Below, piece by piece: positions 51,526 to 64,000 of a stretch of 64,000 nt of DNA. Both the position numbers and the translations under genes were made by a program. Under the pieces are notes generated by a model. It saw nothing but the letters and a program-made list of their open reading frames with translations, ran no database searches and was not told where the DNA came from. Source of the stretch: Eledone cirrhosa (lineage: Eukaryota). The DNA lies in the NCBI GenBank assembly GCA_964016885.1, contig OZ024742.1, positions 322,400,001-322,464,000 of the forward strand, read 5' to 3'. The stretch's first letter is position 1, and every line of letters begins with the position of its first letter.

Positions 51526-52220
51526 ATGGTAGTGTGACCTGGGCGCTGTCTGTGGAAGACTTGCGTAGATTAGAAAGAAACGAAGCCTGCATGCTCCGAT
51601 GGATGTGTAATAGTAATATACGCGAACGGCAAAGCATAAATAAATTGCGAGAGAGATTGAGCATAAGAGGAATCAAATGTTGTGTGCAGGAGAGACAGTT
51701 GCGTTGGTATAGACATATGATGCATATGAAGGATGACAGCTGCATAAAAAGGTGCAGAGCACTAGAAGTCGATGGAAACCATGGAGTGAGGAGACCCAAG
51801 AAGACCTGGGATGAGGTGATAAAAGCCGATCTTACCCAATTACACCTCTCCAAGGCGATGACACACGACCGTGACCTCTGGCGCCACGCAGTAATACAGA
51901 AGACCCGACCCCCGAAGCTGAAGCATATAGAATATGCCCCCTCACCCTCCCACTGCAAAGTGGTCGTGGAGGTGCCATGGCAAAAAAGCACCCAGCCCAC
52001 GCTGTAAAATGGACGTGTAGGCGCCACGGAAAAAAAGCACCCAGCACTCACTGTAAATGAGGTTGGTGTTATGAAGGGCATGCAGCTGTAGAAATCAAGC
52101 CAGAATCAGTTCCTGTTTGAGCAAGACAAGGTCAGCCGGCCGAACACTGCCCACAACAGGACAACCCGTCTAACCCATGCTAGCGTGGAAGAACGGACGT
52201 AAAACGGTGATGATGATGAT
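51526..52220 (+). mobile_element. RTE-B 3' fragment embedded in GGT/GAT repeats
   Basis: GSVTWALSVEDLRRLERNEACMLRWMC...; 3'UTR; tail merges into the satellite. Confidence 0.92.
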
Positions 52221-52613
52221 CATGGTAATCATAGTGGTGGTGGTGGTGGTATTGGTGATGATAGTGGAGGTGATTGTGGTGATGGTGGTAGTGGTGGTAA
52301 TGGTGTTGATAGTTGTGGTAGTTATGGTGATAATGCTGAATCTGCGTTATGATGATGGTGGTAGTGGAGATGATCATAGGGATGATGGTGATGGTGGTAG
52401 TAGTAATGGTAATAATGATGGTTGTGGTAGTAATGGTAATAATGTTGGTGATGATGATAGTGGTAGTAGTAATGGTAATAATGCTGGTGATGATGGTGGT
52501 GGTGGTAGTAATGGTAATAATGTTTGTGATGATGATGATGATGGTGGTAGTGGTAGTAGTAATGGTAATAATGCTGGTGATGATGGTGGTGGTGGTAGTA
52601 ATGGTAATAATGT

Positions 52614-52644
<31 letters not shown>

Positions 52645-52877
52645 AATGGTAATAATGTTGGTGATGATGATGGTGGTGGTAGTAATGGTAATAATGTTGA
52701 TGGTGGTAGTAGTAATGGTAATAATGTTGGTGGTGGTAGTAGTAATGGTAATAATGTTGGTGGTGGTAGTAGTAATGGTAATAATGTTGGTGATGGTAGT
52801 AATGGTAATGATGGTGGTGGTGGTGGTGGTAGTAATGGTAATAATGTTGGTGGTAGTAGTAGTAATGGTAATAATGT

Positions 52878-52908
<31 letters not shown>

Positions 52909-53117
52909 AATGGTAATAATGTTGGTGATGATGATGGTGGTGGTGGTGGTAGTAATGGTAATAATGTTGGTGGTGGTAGTAGTAATGGTAATAATGTTGG
53001 TGGTGGTAGTAGTAATGGTAATAATGTTGGTGATGGTAGTAATGGTAATGATGGTGGTGGTGGTGGTGGTAGTAATGGTAATAATGTTGGTGGTAGTAGT
53101 AGTAATGGTAATAATGT

Positions 53118-53148
<31 letters not shown>

Positions 53149-56100
53149 AATGGTAATAATGTTGGTGATGATGATGGTGGTGGTAGTAATGGTAATAATG
53201 TTGGTGGTAGTAGTAGTAATGGTAATAATGTTGGTGGTGGTAGTAGTAATGGTAATAATGTTGGTGATGATGATGGTGGTGGTGGTGGTAGTAATGGTAA
53301 TAATGTTGGTGGTGGTGGTGGTAGTAATGGTAGTAATGTTGGTGATGATGATGGTGGTGGTGGTGGTAGTAATGGTAATAATGTTGGTGATGATGATGGT
53401 GGTGGTGGTGGTAGTAATGGTAATAATGTTGGTGGTGGTAGTAGTAATGGTAATAATGTTGGTGGTGGTAGTAGTAATGGTAATAATGTTGGTGGTGGTA
53501 GTAATGGTAATGATGGTGGTGGTGGTGGTAGTAATGGTAATAATGTTGGTGGTAGTAGTAGTAATGGTAATAATGTTGGTGGTAGTAGTAGTAATGGTAA
53601 TAATGTTGGTGGTGGTAGTAATGGTAATGATGGTGGTGGTAGTAATGGTAATAATGTTGGTGGTAGTAGTAGTAATGGTAATAATGTTGGTGATGATGAT
53701 GGTGGTGGTGGTGGTAGTAATGGTAATAATGTTGGTGATGATGATGGTGGTGGTAGTAATGGTAATAATGTTGATGATGATGATGGTGGTGGTAGTAATG
53801 GTAATAATGTTGATGATGATGATGGTGGTGGTAGTAATGGTAATGATGGTGGTGGTGGTGGTAGTAATGGTAATAATGTTGTCGGTAGTAGTAGTAATGG
53901 TAATAATGTTGGTGATGATGATGGTGGTGGTGGTGGTAGTAATGGTAATGATGGTGGTGGTGGTGGTGGTAGTAATGGTAATGATGGTGGTGGTAGTAAT
54001 GGTAATAATGTTGTCGGTAGTAGTAGTAATGGTAATAATGTTGGTGATGATGATGGTGGTGGTGGTGGTAGTAATGGTAATGATGGTGGTGGTGGTGGTA
54101 GTAATGGTAATGATGGTGGTGGTAGTAATGGTAATAATGTTGGTGATGATGGTGGTGGTAGTAATGGTAATAATGTTGGTGGTAGTAGTAGTAATGGTAA
54201 TAATGTTGGTGATGATGATGGTGGTGGTGGTGGTAGTAATGGTAATGATGGTGGTGGTGGTGGTAGTAATGGTAATGATGGTGGTGGTGGTGGTAGTAAT
54301 GGTAATAATGTTGGTGGTAGTAGTAGTAATGGTAATAATGTTGGTGATGATGATGGTGGTGGTGGTGGTAGTAATGGTAATGATGGTGGTGGTAGTAATG
54401 GTAGTAATGTTGATGATGATGATGGTGGTGGTGGTAGTAATGGTAATAATGGTGGTGGTGGTGGTAGTAATGGTAATAATGTTGGTGGTAGTAGTAGTAA
54501 TGGTAATAATGTTGGTGATGATGATGGTGGTGGTAGTAATGGTAATGATGGTGGTGGTAGTAGTAGTAATGGTAATAATGTTGGTGATGATGATGGTGGT
54601 GGTGGTGGTAGTAATGGTAATGATGGTGATGGTGGTGGTGGTGGTAGTAATGGTAATGATGTTGGTGATGATGATGGTGGTGGTAGTAATGGTAATGATG
54701 TTGGTGATGATGATGGTGGTGGTAGTAATGGTAATGATGGTGGTGGTGGTGGTAGTAATGGTAATGATGGTGGTGGTGGTGGTAGTAATGGTAATGATGG
54801 TGGTGGTGGTGGTAGTAATGGTAATGATGGTGGTGGTGGTGGTAGTAATGGTAATGATGGTGGTGGTGGTGGTAGTAATGGTAATGATGTTGGTGATGAT
54901 GGTGGTGGTGGTAGTAATGGTAATGATGGTGGTGGTGGTGGTAGTAATGGTAATAATGTTGGTGGTAGTAGTAGTAATGGTAATAATGTTGGTGATGATG
55001 GTGGTGGTGGTGGTAGTAATGGTAATGATGGTGGTGGTGGTGGTAGTAATGGTAATGATGGTGGTGGTAGTAATGGTAATAATGTTGGTGATGATGATGG
55101 TGGTGGTGGTAGTAATGGTAATGATGGTGGTGGTGGTGGTAGTAATGGTAATAATGTTGGTGATGATGATGGTGGTGGTGGTGGTAGTAATGGTAATGAT
55201 GGTGGTGGTGGTGGTAGTAATGGTAATAATGTTGGTGGTAGTAGTAGTAATGGTAATAATGTTGGTGATGATGGTGGTGGTGGTAGTAATGGTAATGATG
55301 TTGGTGATGATGATGGTGGTGGTAGTAATGGTAATGATGGTGGTGGTGGTGGTAGTAATGGTAATGATGGTGGTGGTGGTGGTAGTAATGGTAATGATGG
55401 TGGTGGTGGTGGTAGTAATGGTAATGATGGTGGTGGTGGTGGTAGTAATGGTAATGATGGTGGTGGTGGTGGTAGTAATGGTAATGATGGTGGTGGTGGT
55501 GGTAGTAATGGTAATGATGTTGGTGATGATGGTGGTGGTGGTAGTAATGGTAATGATGGTGGTGGTGGTGGTAGTAATGGTAATAATGTTGGTGGTAGTA
55601 GTAGTAATGGTAATAATGTTGGTGATGATGGTGGTGGTGGTGGTAGTAATGGTAATGATGGTGGTGGTGGTGGTAGTAATGGTAATGATGGTGGTGGTAG
55701 TAATGGTAATAATGTTGGTGATGATGATGGTGGTGGTGGTAGTAATGGTAATGATGGTGGTGGTGGTGGTAGTAATGGTAATAATGTTGGTGATGATGAT
55801 GGTGGTGGTGGTGGTAGTAATGGTAATGATGGTGGTGGTGGTGGTAGTAATGGTAATAATGTTGGTGGTAGTAGTAGTAATGGTAATAATGTTGGTGATG
55901 ATGGTGGTGGTGGTAGTAGTAATGGTAATAATGCTGGTGATGATGGTGGTGGTGGTAGTAGTAATGGTAATAATGCTGGTGATGATGGTGGTGGTGGTGG
56001 TAGTAGTAATGGTAATAATGGTGGTGGTGGTAGTAATGGTAATAATGCAGGTGGTGGTGGTAATGGTAATAATGCTGATGATGATGATGATGATGGTGGT

Positions 56101-56163
56101 CGTGGTAGTAGTAATGGTAATAATGCTGGTGATGATGAATGTGATGAAGGTGATGGTGGTGAT
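52221..56163. repeat. About 4-kb compound trinucleotide satellite (GGT/AAT/GAT/AGT/GTT) with higher-order repeats
   Basis: Core AGTAATGGTAAT(AAT/GAT) with variable GGT/GAT runs; T at almost every third base. Confidence 0.95.
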
Positions 56164-57784
56164 GTTTTGGTTTCTTTGCCGAAAAACTGCCAAAATACCA
56201 GTCGCTTGGTGCCAATATTTAACAAAGCTGGACAACTGTTACCTTCAGTAAAATTTATAATGTAATGCTAATTAACTTTGTAGTTTCTCAGTGGGATAGA
56301 GAGAGAGGGAGAGAGTGTGTGTGTGTGTAAGAGCAAGAGGAAAACTGATTGGGAGGGAGAGCTAATTTTTTTATTATTCATATTGATAGTCAGATAGCAA
56401 CTGTGAAAAGCTAACCTGTGAAATTTGGCTACTTTTCATGGTATTGGAGAAAGAATGAATAATTTTATTACTGTTATTATTTTTAATAATGAAGGTGTGT
56501 GTCTTAGTGCTTATTATGTTCGGCTCCTGATTGTAATGTTGTGAGTTCGATTAACTGGCTAGGATATTTTGTTGAAGACAAACAGTTGCCCAGGCATACA
56601 AGTTTCCTATCTCCACAACACCGATGTTGTCCACAGTCTGATACAACTTGGCACATTTTCTTCACAACTCATTTTTTTCTAGTTGAGTTGACTGGAACAA
56701 CATGTAATAAAGTGTTTTGCTGAAGGACACAATGCATCCCCTGGTTAAAGAATCGAACGCATGACCTTATGATTATAGCCCAGTACCATAACCACTAAAC
56801 CACATGCCTCACCTGAATTACATGGATCATTGCTGTAACTAAAACAAATTCTTTGGGGGGGGAATAGAAAAACAAAAACGAAAAAATCCCCATCTCCTGA
56901 ACAGCAAAGAAAGGTTCTCAAAAATCAGCTTGATTGATTAATTACCAATGACACGGGTTCCTGATTTCATGTAGAGTCAGACTTTTCAGCTATATTTTAC
57001 TGTTTCATTCACTCATCTAAATCATTATCATTATTGACTACTGAGGTAGAAGCACGCATCTTCTCAGCTCCTTAAAATGTTTTGAAATTTTTATTTTTTT
57101 CATTGGTCCTAACCTCTTGTTCAAGTTCTTAAACTTGACAAAGGAGTGGAAGAGCCACCCTGCTTTTTGTAGGTGGAGTTATCTCATCTACAGCACCTCA
57201 TAGGGTGTTGTGATATCGAAATTTTAAACATTTAAGTTTTATTGCAGTCAACAATTTTAACATGGATACCACAAGCAGAACAGGAGAGGACAGTATTACT
57301 TCACATAGAGAGGGGGGGGGGGGGGCGACATTTTCCCCCATCAAAGTGATGAGAGCGTCATCAAACAAAATAAAAAATAATGAAAACACAAAGAAACAAC
57401 GTTATTTCAGACAATGTGGTTTTAAATAATGAAAGTGGCTTGAATAAAAATAGCAATGACATGAACAACAACAATGAAAATAACGACAACAATACTGAAA
57501 ACAGCGATAACAAAAACAGCAGCGACAATAACGGCTATAAAACTGAAAGTGACAAACACAACTATAACAAGGAAAATAACAATAATAGCAACAACAAGTA
57601 AGCCGGCTAATGAGCCCAAAATACCAACACTAGTGGTAAGATAGCTTTCGCATGTGCTACGAACGTCCTTCCAAAGAGTAACTTACTCTGGGGAAGAAGT
57701 ACAACAGGTTAGTTTAAAAACTAGAAGAGGCAATGAGCAAAGATCGCAGCCAATGTGCATCCGGTAAGATTGGCTCTGGATCAA

Positions 57785-58055
57785 TTCTTCAATGCTAAGC
57801 ATGAAGGCTGCGTTGTCAGAGCTCAGGTGCATTCTCTTAAATACGAGAGGACAAAAGTTGTTTAATGGACCCGAGTGGTGGAGTGCGGCCTGGAAACAAA
57901 GCCACAATCCGACTTTTGGCGTGCCATGACAGGCACGTGTTACTCGATCCCAAGCAGATGTGTGCAGCTTTTCAGCAGCACTTTGTTCAACTGTTTGGGC
58001 ACAGTGATGGGCCAGATCGCAGGATGGACTTCTATGCCTACCTAAATGGCCTGCT
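57785..58055 (+). mobile_element. Tx1/L1-like ORF2 relic
   Basis: GCVVRAQVHSLKYE...NKATIRLL...LDPKQMCAAFQQHFVQLFG resembles the endonuclease-RT linker of Tx1 elements. Confidence 0.55.
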
Positions 58056-58779
58056 GCAGAAACAGTGTTGTAAAAGATAAGTTCCTTAAGATAAGTTGCT
58101 CCAAATTCTTGATTACTTTCATTAGAAATATGGTAGTGAAAGGATTAAAATATGAAAGAAAGTTTTATTTGAGAACCTTTTAAAAAGAATAAGGATCTCT
58201 GAACATGTTAATTTGTTGTTAGGGTTAATCCAATGCCTAGGGCTTATTTACTTGTTTTGTGTATAATCTTAAGCTGTTTGTCTTTTTATCCCTTTATTTT
58301 TCTAATCTCTAAACCTTTGGAATTTGTTAATCTCACATATTTAGGGTCTCTGGTTTAACCCCTTTGATACCAACCTACCTGAAACTACCCCTAGTTCTAT
58401 GATGCAAAACTTCATTTTTTCTAAAAACCATTTATCTAAAAACCTTTCATCATAATTCAATGTAAGAACCTTTTATTAAGTTATATTCTAAATAGCAACC
58501 TAATTAAGAGAAAGCTGTACTACTAAATCTCTCCCAATTCGTGATTATTTTCAACATTATTTGAAAATCACAGACAGTGGTTTTCATTAGAAATATGGTA
58601 ATGGAAGAATTAGGATCATATATTTCATTTAACATCTAAAGTACTTGTATTTGTCACTAACAGTCTCTCTGAAGAAAGGTCACTATTTTGAAGCCTCTTG
58701 TTTTCTTGAGGTATGGTCAAATTTGGACCTTGAAACCTTGGGTAGCGCTTATGTTCCTTATGAACATAGATAAATAATA

Positions 58780-58962
58780 TAATTGTTTCTACTATTGGCA
58801 CAAGGCTAGCAATTACCCAGTACATTACTGGTACTTTATTTTATCGACCCCGTAAGGATGAAAGGCAAAGTTAACCTCGGCGGGATTTGAACTCAGAATG
58901 GCAAGGGCCGTAACTCTATGCGTCAAAGCATGGCGTCCGACCCTCTACCGATACTGCCAAAA
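58780..58962 (-). mobile_element. SINE family 2
   Basis: Reverse complement of the consensus. Confidence 0.88.
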
Positions 58963-59024
58963 TACTATATATATGAGAGAGACACAGAACAATGATTACT
59001 TAAAATGTAGCTTGAAATGGGTGC

Positions 59025-59480
59025 CTACATTTCATATCTGGCATAGGCCTATTACCAGCTGGGGTGGGGACAGAAGCTACATTTCATATCCAGATTGGTC
59101 CTATTCTATTATCAGCTTTAGAAGACTCAAGATGTCACATGTTGCTGGTCCTATTATCAGCTTTAGGGGTCTCAACATATCACATATTGCTGGTCTTATT
59201 ATCAGCTTAAGGGGTCTCAACATGTCACATGTTGCCGTTCCTATTATCAGGTTTATAGGTGTCACATGTTGCTGGTCCTTTTATACGGTTTATAGGAACT
59301 TATATTTTTATATCTGGTCTGGGCCTGATACAGGCTTTAGTGGTTGCCAACATTTTACATCTGATCTGAGCCTACTAGAGGTTTTGGGTGCCTATATTTC
59401 ACATTTGGCCTGTGTCTATTACCAGCTTGAGATTGGGGAGCTACATGTTATGCCTGCACTGGGTCTGTTACCAACTTTAC
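59025..59480. repeat. Degenerate minisatellite, unit about 40 bp
   Basis: Unit approximately TCACATGTTGCTGGTCCTATTATCAGCTTTAGGGGTCTCAACA. Confidence 0.75.
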
Positions 59481-60326
59481 AGAGGCATGACTAGATCAAA
59501 GCTGACCTTGGGCTAAATATCAACAGCAAAGAAAATCTTTTTGCCTAAGAAATAAATCCTTTTTAGCAGTAAATGTTTGGTGAATGTCGAAATACTTTGG
59601 CTAGTTTGTTGTTCAGTTATAAAAGTAAATATAATGGATTTGTCTACACTGATATATACATTTGTATACACTGATTCAGAAATATATACATCATATGCTT
59701 ATGTATACATTTATATATATATATATATCAATACAAGTATTCTCCCTCTCCTGATACACTTTCTCTCCCATTCTCCCACACACTTTCTCTCCCTTTCTCC
59801 CCCATTTTCTCTCCTTCTCTCTCCTGACACTTTTTCTCCCCCCACCTTTCTCTCTCTCTCCCCCCACTTTCTCCCCCCACCCCTCTCTCCTTTCCCCTTC
59901 TCTTTCCCATTCTCACCTCACTCTTTACTATATCCCTTACTGTTTCACAATAGAACACACACATACACGATTTGTTAGGAAGTTGTATTCATCCATAAAG
60001 AATGGGGGTGAGGAGATCCAGTTTCTATGGTGACTGTTCCACCTGGTCAGTCAGATACTTAAGTAGCCATGTCCAATCTATACATGCATGAAATGATAAA
60101 ACATTACATAATATCAGACAATATCAAAGAGTAGTTCTCTGCCAATTCCATATGTTGTGTATATACATTGCAATTATTCATTTTCACTTATGTGTGTGTA
60201 TATATGTGAGTATATATGTATGTGTGTGTATATATGCATGTATACATTATATATATATATATATATATATATCCTTTTTGTTTGTTTTTCTATGCTTGTA
60301 TGGATATATGTACATACAGATATATA

Positions 60327-60437
60327 CAGGATGTCCCCAAAAATGTATACACACTTCAACCACATTCTAATCATCATCATCATTTTACGTCTGCTTTTTC
60401 CTGCTTGCAAGTGTATATACTTTTGGGGGACACTCTG
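60327..60437. mobile_element. Tc1/mariner-type MITE containing a retroposon tail fragment
   Basis: TA|CAGGATGTCCCCAAAAATGTATACACACTT ... AAGTGTATATACTTTTGGGGGACACTCTG, about 30-bp imperfect TIRs. Confidence 0.7.
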
Positions 60438-61041
60438 TGTGTGTGTATGTATGTATATATATATACATATATACACGCACGCATGCGCGCGCGCACGATA
60501 TAGCCAACATGGAAAGCAGATGGATGTGGCAGTGGTGGTGACAATGACAATTGTGTATGTATAATTGACAAGCATGGAACAATTCCAGTCTGTTCTGATT
60601 TCTTACCACTCATGACCCTTAACCACACTACCACTATCAGACCCAAACCACCACCACCAGTTAATCTCAAACTAAGGAAATGTCAACTTGACATTGAAAA
60701 TGTAGCCAATAACTTTTTAATCTCCTCAATGTCTGAAGTTATTCTTTCATATTTGCACAAATGCATGCATATGTATGCATGCATGCATGCACATTTTCTC
60801 CCCCACTCTCTTTCACTGAGAATAAAGAGAAGTATGCAAATGTGGGTGGGTGTCTTAATGTACATGCAGATGCATGTGTGTGTATGTGTACCTGTGTGTA
60901 TGTAAAGCAGTGAGTTTATAGTTGTGAGGACATCAGATAGAAAGGCATTGAGCTATTGGTTGTGGCTCTCTATGTTCTGAGTTCAAATTCCATTGAGCAC
61001 AATTCTGCCTTACATCCACTCAAGAACTGACGTTGATTTAA

Positions 61042-61231
61042 TCCTTTAGCATTTACATTACTCTATATTTTTGTGTTAAAGGCTTTATCTCACATAATAT
61101 TGAATCTGTGATTTTGAAATTATTTTGAGAACACTACCTCAACATCTGTACGAGTGGCCAGTTATGGCCGGTTCGAACAGAAAGAGGTGAGAGAATTCTG
61201 GCTGGATACGGCTGGCTTAAATGCTAAAGAG
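61042..61231. mobile_element. piggyBac-like MITE (second family)
   Basis: TTAA|TCCTTTAGCATTTA ... TAAATGCTAAAGAG|TTAA. Confidence 0.7.
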
Positions 61232-62065
61232 TTAACTCTTAATATCCTATAATGTTTTAGCAGAAAAAGCTTAAAAGCAAGTTTGTCAATTCAAATGTTT
61301 AATAAACATTTACTAGTAGACAGATCATTGCATTATATTAAAGCTTTGTCATTAATACTATAAATTTTTACAATCGTAGTGCTGATTTGTGTTTTCAAGA
61401 ATGACTTGCTAATGCAGTTTCATGTGGTAGAGGACGTTAAAAGTTAATCAACTAACCCCTCCCTAAAAAAATTTGTGTCTTTTTGCATATGTTAGAAATA
61501 ATGAAATTATTATTATTATTCCAGCTAAGCCCTCACCTTCCTCTTCAAGTTCCACTTGAAGAGGAAGGTGAGGATAGAGGAGAGCAGTGAGATTGATGTG
61601 GCTAAACTAGCCTAATCTGACTATGCTTTTCTAAATAGGAGCAAGGAAACTGAAAGAGGGCACTTTTAATGTCCGTGAAATAACAGTAATCTAAGGCTTT
61701 GTGTGGGGTTTCATCCAGGGATTACCCTGAAGCGCAGTCCACTGCTATTGGGGAACTTATCCTTGTTGCCATTTCTATTATTGTTATTCCTACTGTTTTC
61801 ACTCCAGTGATGTCCCCTTTCCTTACTTGATGTAAACTCCACTTTGTGTTGTGTTGCCTTTGTATTTGTATTGTCCCCAATGTCCTAGGCCCTTGTGGCC
61901 AATAAAAGAAGTTATTATTATTATTTAAAACTTCCTTTGAATTCTGCTTCTTTCCCATATCTTGCAGAATGTCAGCTTGATACTCAAGGCAAAATTTAGT
62001 AATACATACATTTAACAAATGAGACCGTAAAGGCATAAATACCAGTAAATGTCTTTACAAGGTAT

Positions 62066-62255
62066 TTAAATTGATAATGCCCTTCTCAGAACATGGATAG
62101 TGTCAGTCAGCACTATTTTCTGTATCTCTTGCACAGATGGCTTTACAGATATCTGATCCAAATATTTTTCAGTTCCCTTTTTTCTCATTTGAAGTGCACT
62201 GACTACCACTGGTATTGTATAGGCTGTAAGATACCACATTTTATCAATTTCAGTT
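62066..62255 (-). mobile_element. R4/Dong-like non-LTR retrotransposon C-terminal relic
   Basis: EIDKMW.L...TIPVVVSAL...KKGTEKYLDQI...VQEIQKIVLTDTIHVLRRALS resembles the R4/Dong C-terminus. Confidence 0.7.
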
Positions 62256-62264
62256 ATCAGATCT

Positions 62265-62580
62265 TTAGCATCAGACACTATGCTTTGAAGCATAGTTATG
62301 GCCCTTATGTTTTGAGTTCAAATCCTGCTGAGGTTAATTTTGCCTTTCATCTTTACAGGGTTGATAAAATAAAGTACCAGTAATGCACTGAGGTTGATTT
62401 AATCAACTTTCCCCTCCCTCCAAAATTATTGGCCTTGTTCCTAAATCAGAAACCATTATTATTTCTGAGTTTGAATCCTGCCGAGGTTACCTTTGCCTTT
62501 TATCCTTTCGGGGTCGATTTAATCGAATCTCGCCTCCCCACCAAATTGTTGGCCTTGTGCCTAAATCAGAAACCATTGTT
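62265..62580 (+). mobile_element. SINE family 2 variant, one and a half copies
   Basis: GAGTTCAAATCCTGCTGAGG..GCCTTTCATC..GGCCTTGT(T/G)CCTAAATCAGAAACC twice. Confidence 0.8.
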
Positions 62581-62739
62581 ATTATTTTTATAGAAATTGT
62601 TTTAAATGAAAAATCTTAGAAATTATCATCATCAATATGGCCAATTGTAATACAACAAAATGAGTCAATATTGTGTCAAGTTAAATATTTTACACTGCTA
62701 TTAATATTTTCTTATTTATAATTTATGTTGGTGCCATAG

Positions 62740-63190
62740 TAAAATGCACTCAGTACACTCTGTAAAGTAGTCAGTGTTAAGGATATCCAACTGTAGAAAC
62801 CATGCCAAGAATAGAGGATTCTTTAGTTGTGCCAAGGACATGACACTCCCTAGTGCTGGTGTCATGATAATATACATCCAATACACTTTGTAAAGTGGTT
62901 GGTGTAAGGAAGGGCATCTAGCTGTAGAAACCATGCCAAAATGTGTAGAGGATTCTTCAGTTGTATCAAGGAACTGACAACCTCTGTAGAGCTGATGTTA
63001 CAATTAAATACATCCAGTATACTCTGTGAGGTGGTTAGCATTAGGAAAGGCAAATATAGAAACCAAGCAAATATGAAATGTATCTGGCTAAGACATGGTT
63101 CCTCGAACCATCTAAAACAGTAACTCCAATTAAGTACTTAGTCTGTAATGATTTGTCCAACCAATGCCAGCATGGAAAAACAGATGTAAA
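62740..63190 (+). mobile_element. Old RTE-type 3'UTR with a triplicated module
   Basis: Three variants of TGTAAAGTGGTTGGTG..AGGAAGGGCATC.AGCTGTAGAAACC followed by GTCCAACC.ATGCCAGCATGGAAAA. Confidence 0.6.
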
Positions 63191-63195
63191 ATAAT

Positions 63196-63380
63196 TGTTT
63201 CTACTTTAGGCACAAGGCCAGCAATTATCCAGTGCATTACTGGTACTTTATTTTATCGACCCCGTAAGGATGAAAGGCAAAGTCAACCTCGGCGGGATTT
63301 GAACTCAGATCGTAAAGGGACGTAACTATGCTGGAAAGCATGGCGTCCGACCCTCCACCGATACTGCCAATCCACCGTCC
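63196..63380 (-). mobile_element. SINE family 2 with a 17-bp target-site duplication
   Basis: TSD AACAGATGTAAAATAAT at 63179-63195 and 63381-63397. Confidence 0.92.
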
Positions 63381-63787
63381 AACAGATGTAAAATAATGAT
63401 AATTATTAAGTGTTGCCGAATTATTACTACTACTACTCTACAATAAAATTCCACTCATTATTACTAGTTGTTTTTTTTTTTTTTTTGTATTTTCCTCCAC
63501 ACTTCTGGAAATCACATAACAATTGGTATGTAACTAGATACATAGACACACAAACATGCAGAGAGAGAGAGAGAATGCACACTGTGATATACAATTATGG
63601 AAAATTGGACAGGCATCAAAATAATTTCATTTTTTCCTCCTCCAACATGATAGTTGTTCAGTATAAGGGTTTCCATATTTTTTATGTTTTCATTGATACT
63701 TTTCGGTTCCCACTATTTTTTTCAGAACATTTTATTTCAACAATTAGCTGCTATTTTTAGCTGTCTAGATATTTCTACAGTTTAGCA

Positions 63788-64000
63788 ATCTCTCTCTCCT
63801 CCTCTCCCTCTTTACCTTCTCACACTCTTTACCTTCCCTCTCCCCCCTCTCAACCTTTTATCTCCCCTCCCTCTCACTATTCCCCCCCCTCTCTCTCTCT
63901 CTCTCCATCATTATCTCCCTTACTCTCTCCCCCTATTCTTCTCCTTTTCTTCTCTCTCTCTCTCTACCGTCACTCTCTCACGTTCTTTTTCCACCGTCTC
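63788..64000. repeat. CT-rich low-complexity tract
   Basis: Direct inspection. Confidence 0.9.

Noticed and set aside
52177-56265. Five ORFs of about 1300 aa as protein-coding genes
   Set aside because: Open frames are an automatic result of an NNT triplet satellite, and the start codon lies in a LINE 3'UTR.
58665-58705. Possible hammerhead CTGAAGA...GAAG
   Set aside because: GAAA is absent and the stems do not pair.

Overview
This is AT-rich, repeat-saturated animal DNA with no confidently identifiable host protein-coding gene. The mix of (TA)n/(CA)n microsatellites, (GAT)n-tailed RTE LINEs and tRNA-derived SINEs suggests an octopus or other coleoid cephalopod (inference). Mobile content: several young 5'-truncated RTE LINE copies in two subfamilies, with a PHD-like C4HC3 finger inside the ORF; older RTE/BovB, CRE, R4/Dong, Tx1 and mariner relics; two SINE families; hAT, piggyBac and mariner MITEs; non-autonomous Helitrons including a head-to-tail pair; and a 4-kb NNT trinucleotide satellite that explains the giant ORFs at 52-56 kb. 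The main unexplained signal is a set of short non-coding palindromic or partial-tandem elements next to (TA)n tracts. At least five unrelated families carry minimal type I hammerhead-ribozyme motifs (CUGAnGA...GAAA...UH with stem I pairing and a short or palindromic stem III), in a Penelope-pLTR or retrozyme-like arrangement. All calls were made by eye, with no alignments, folding runs or database searches. Boundaries of degenerate elements are approximate.
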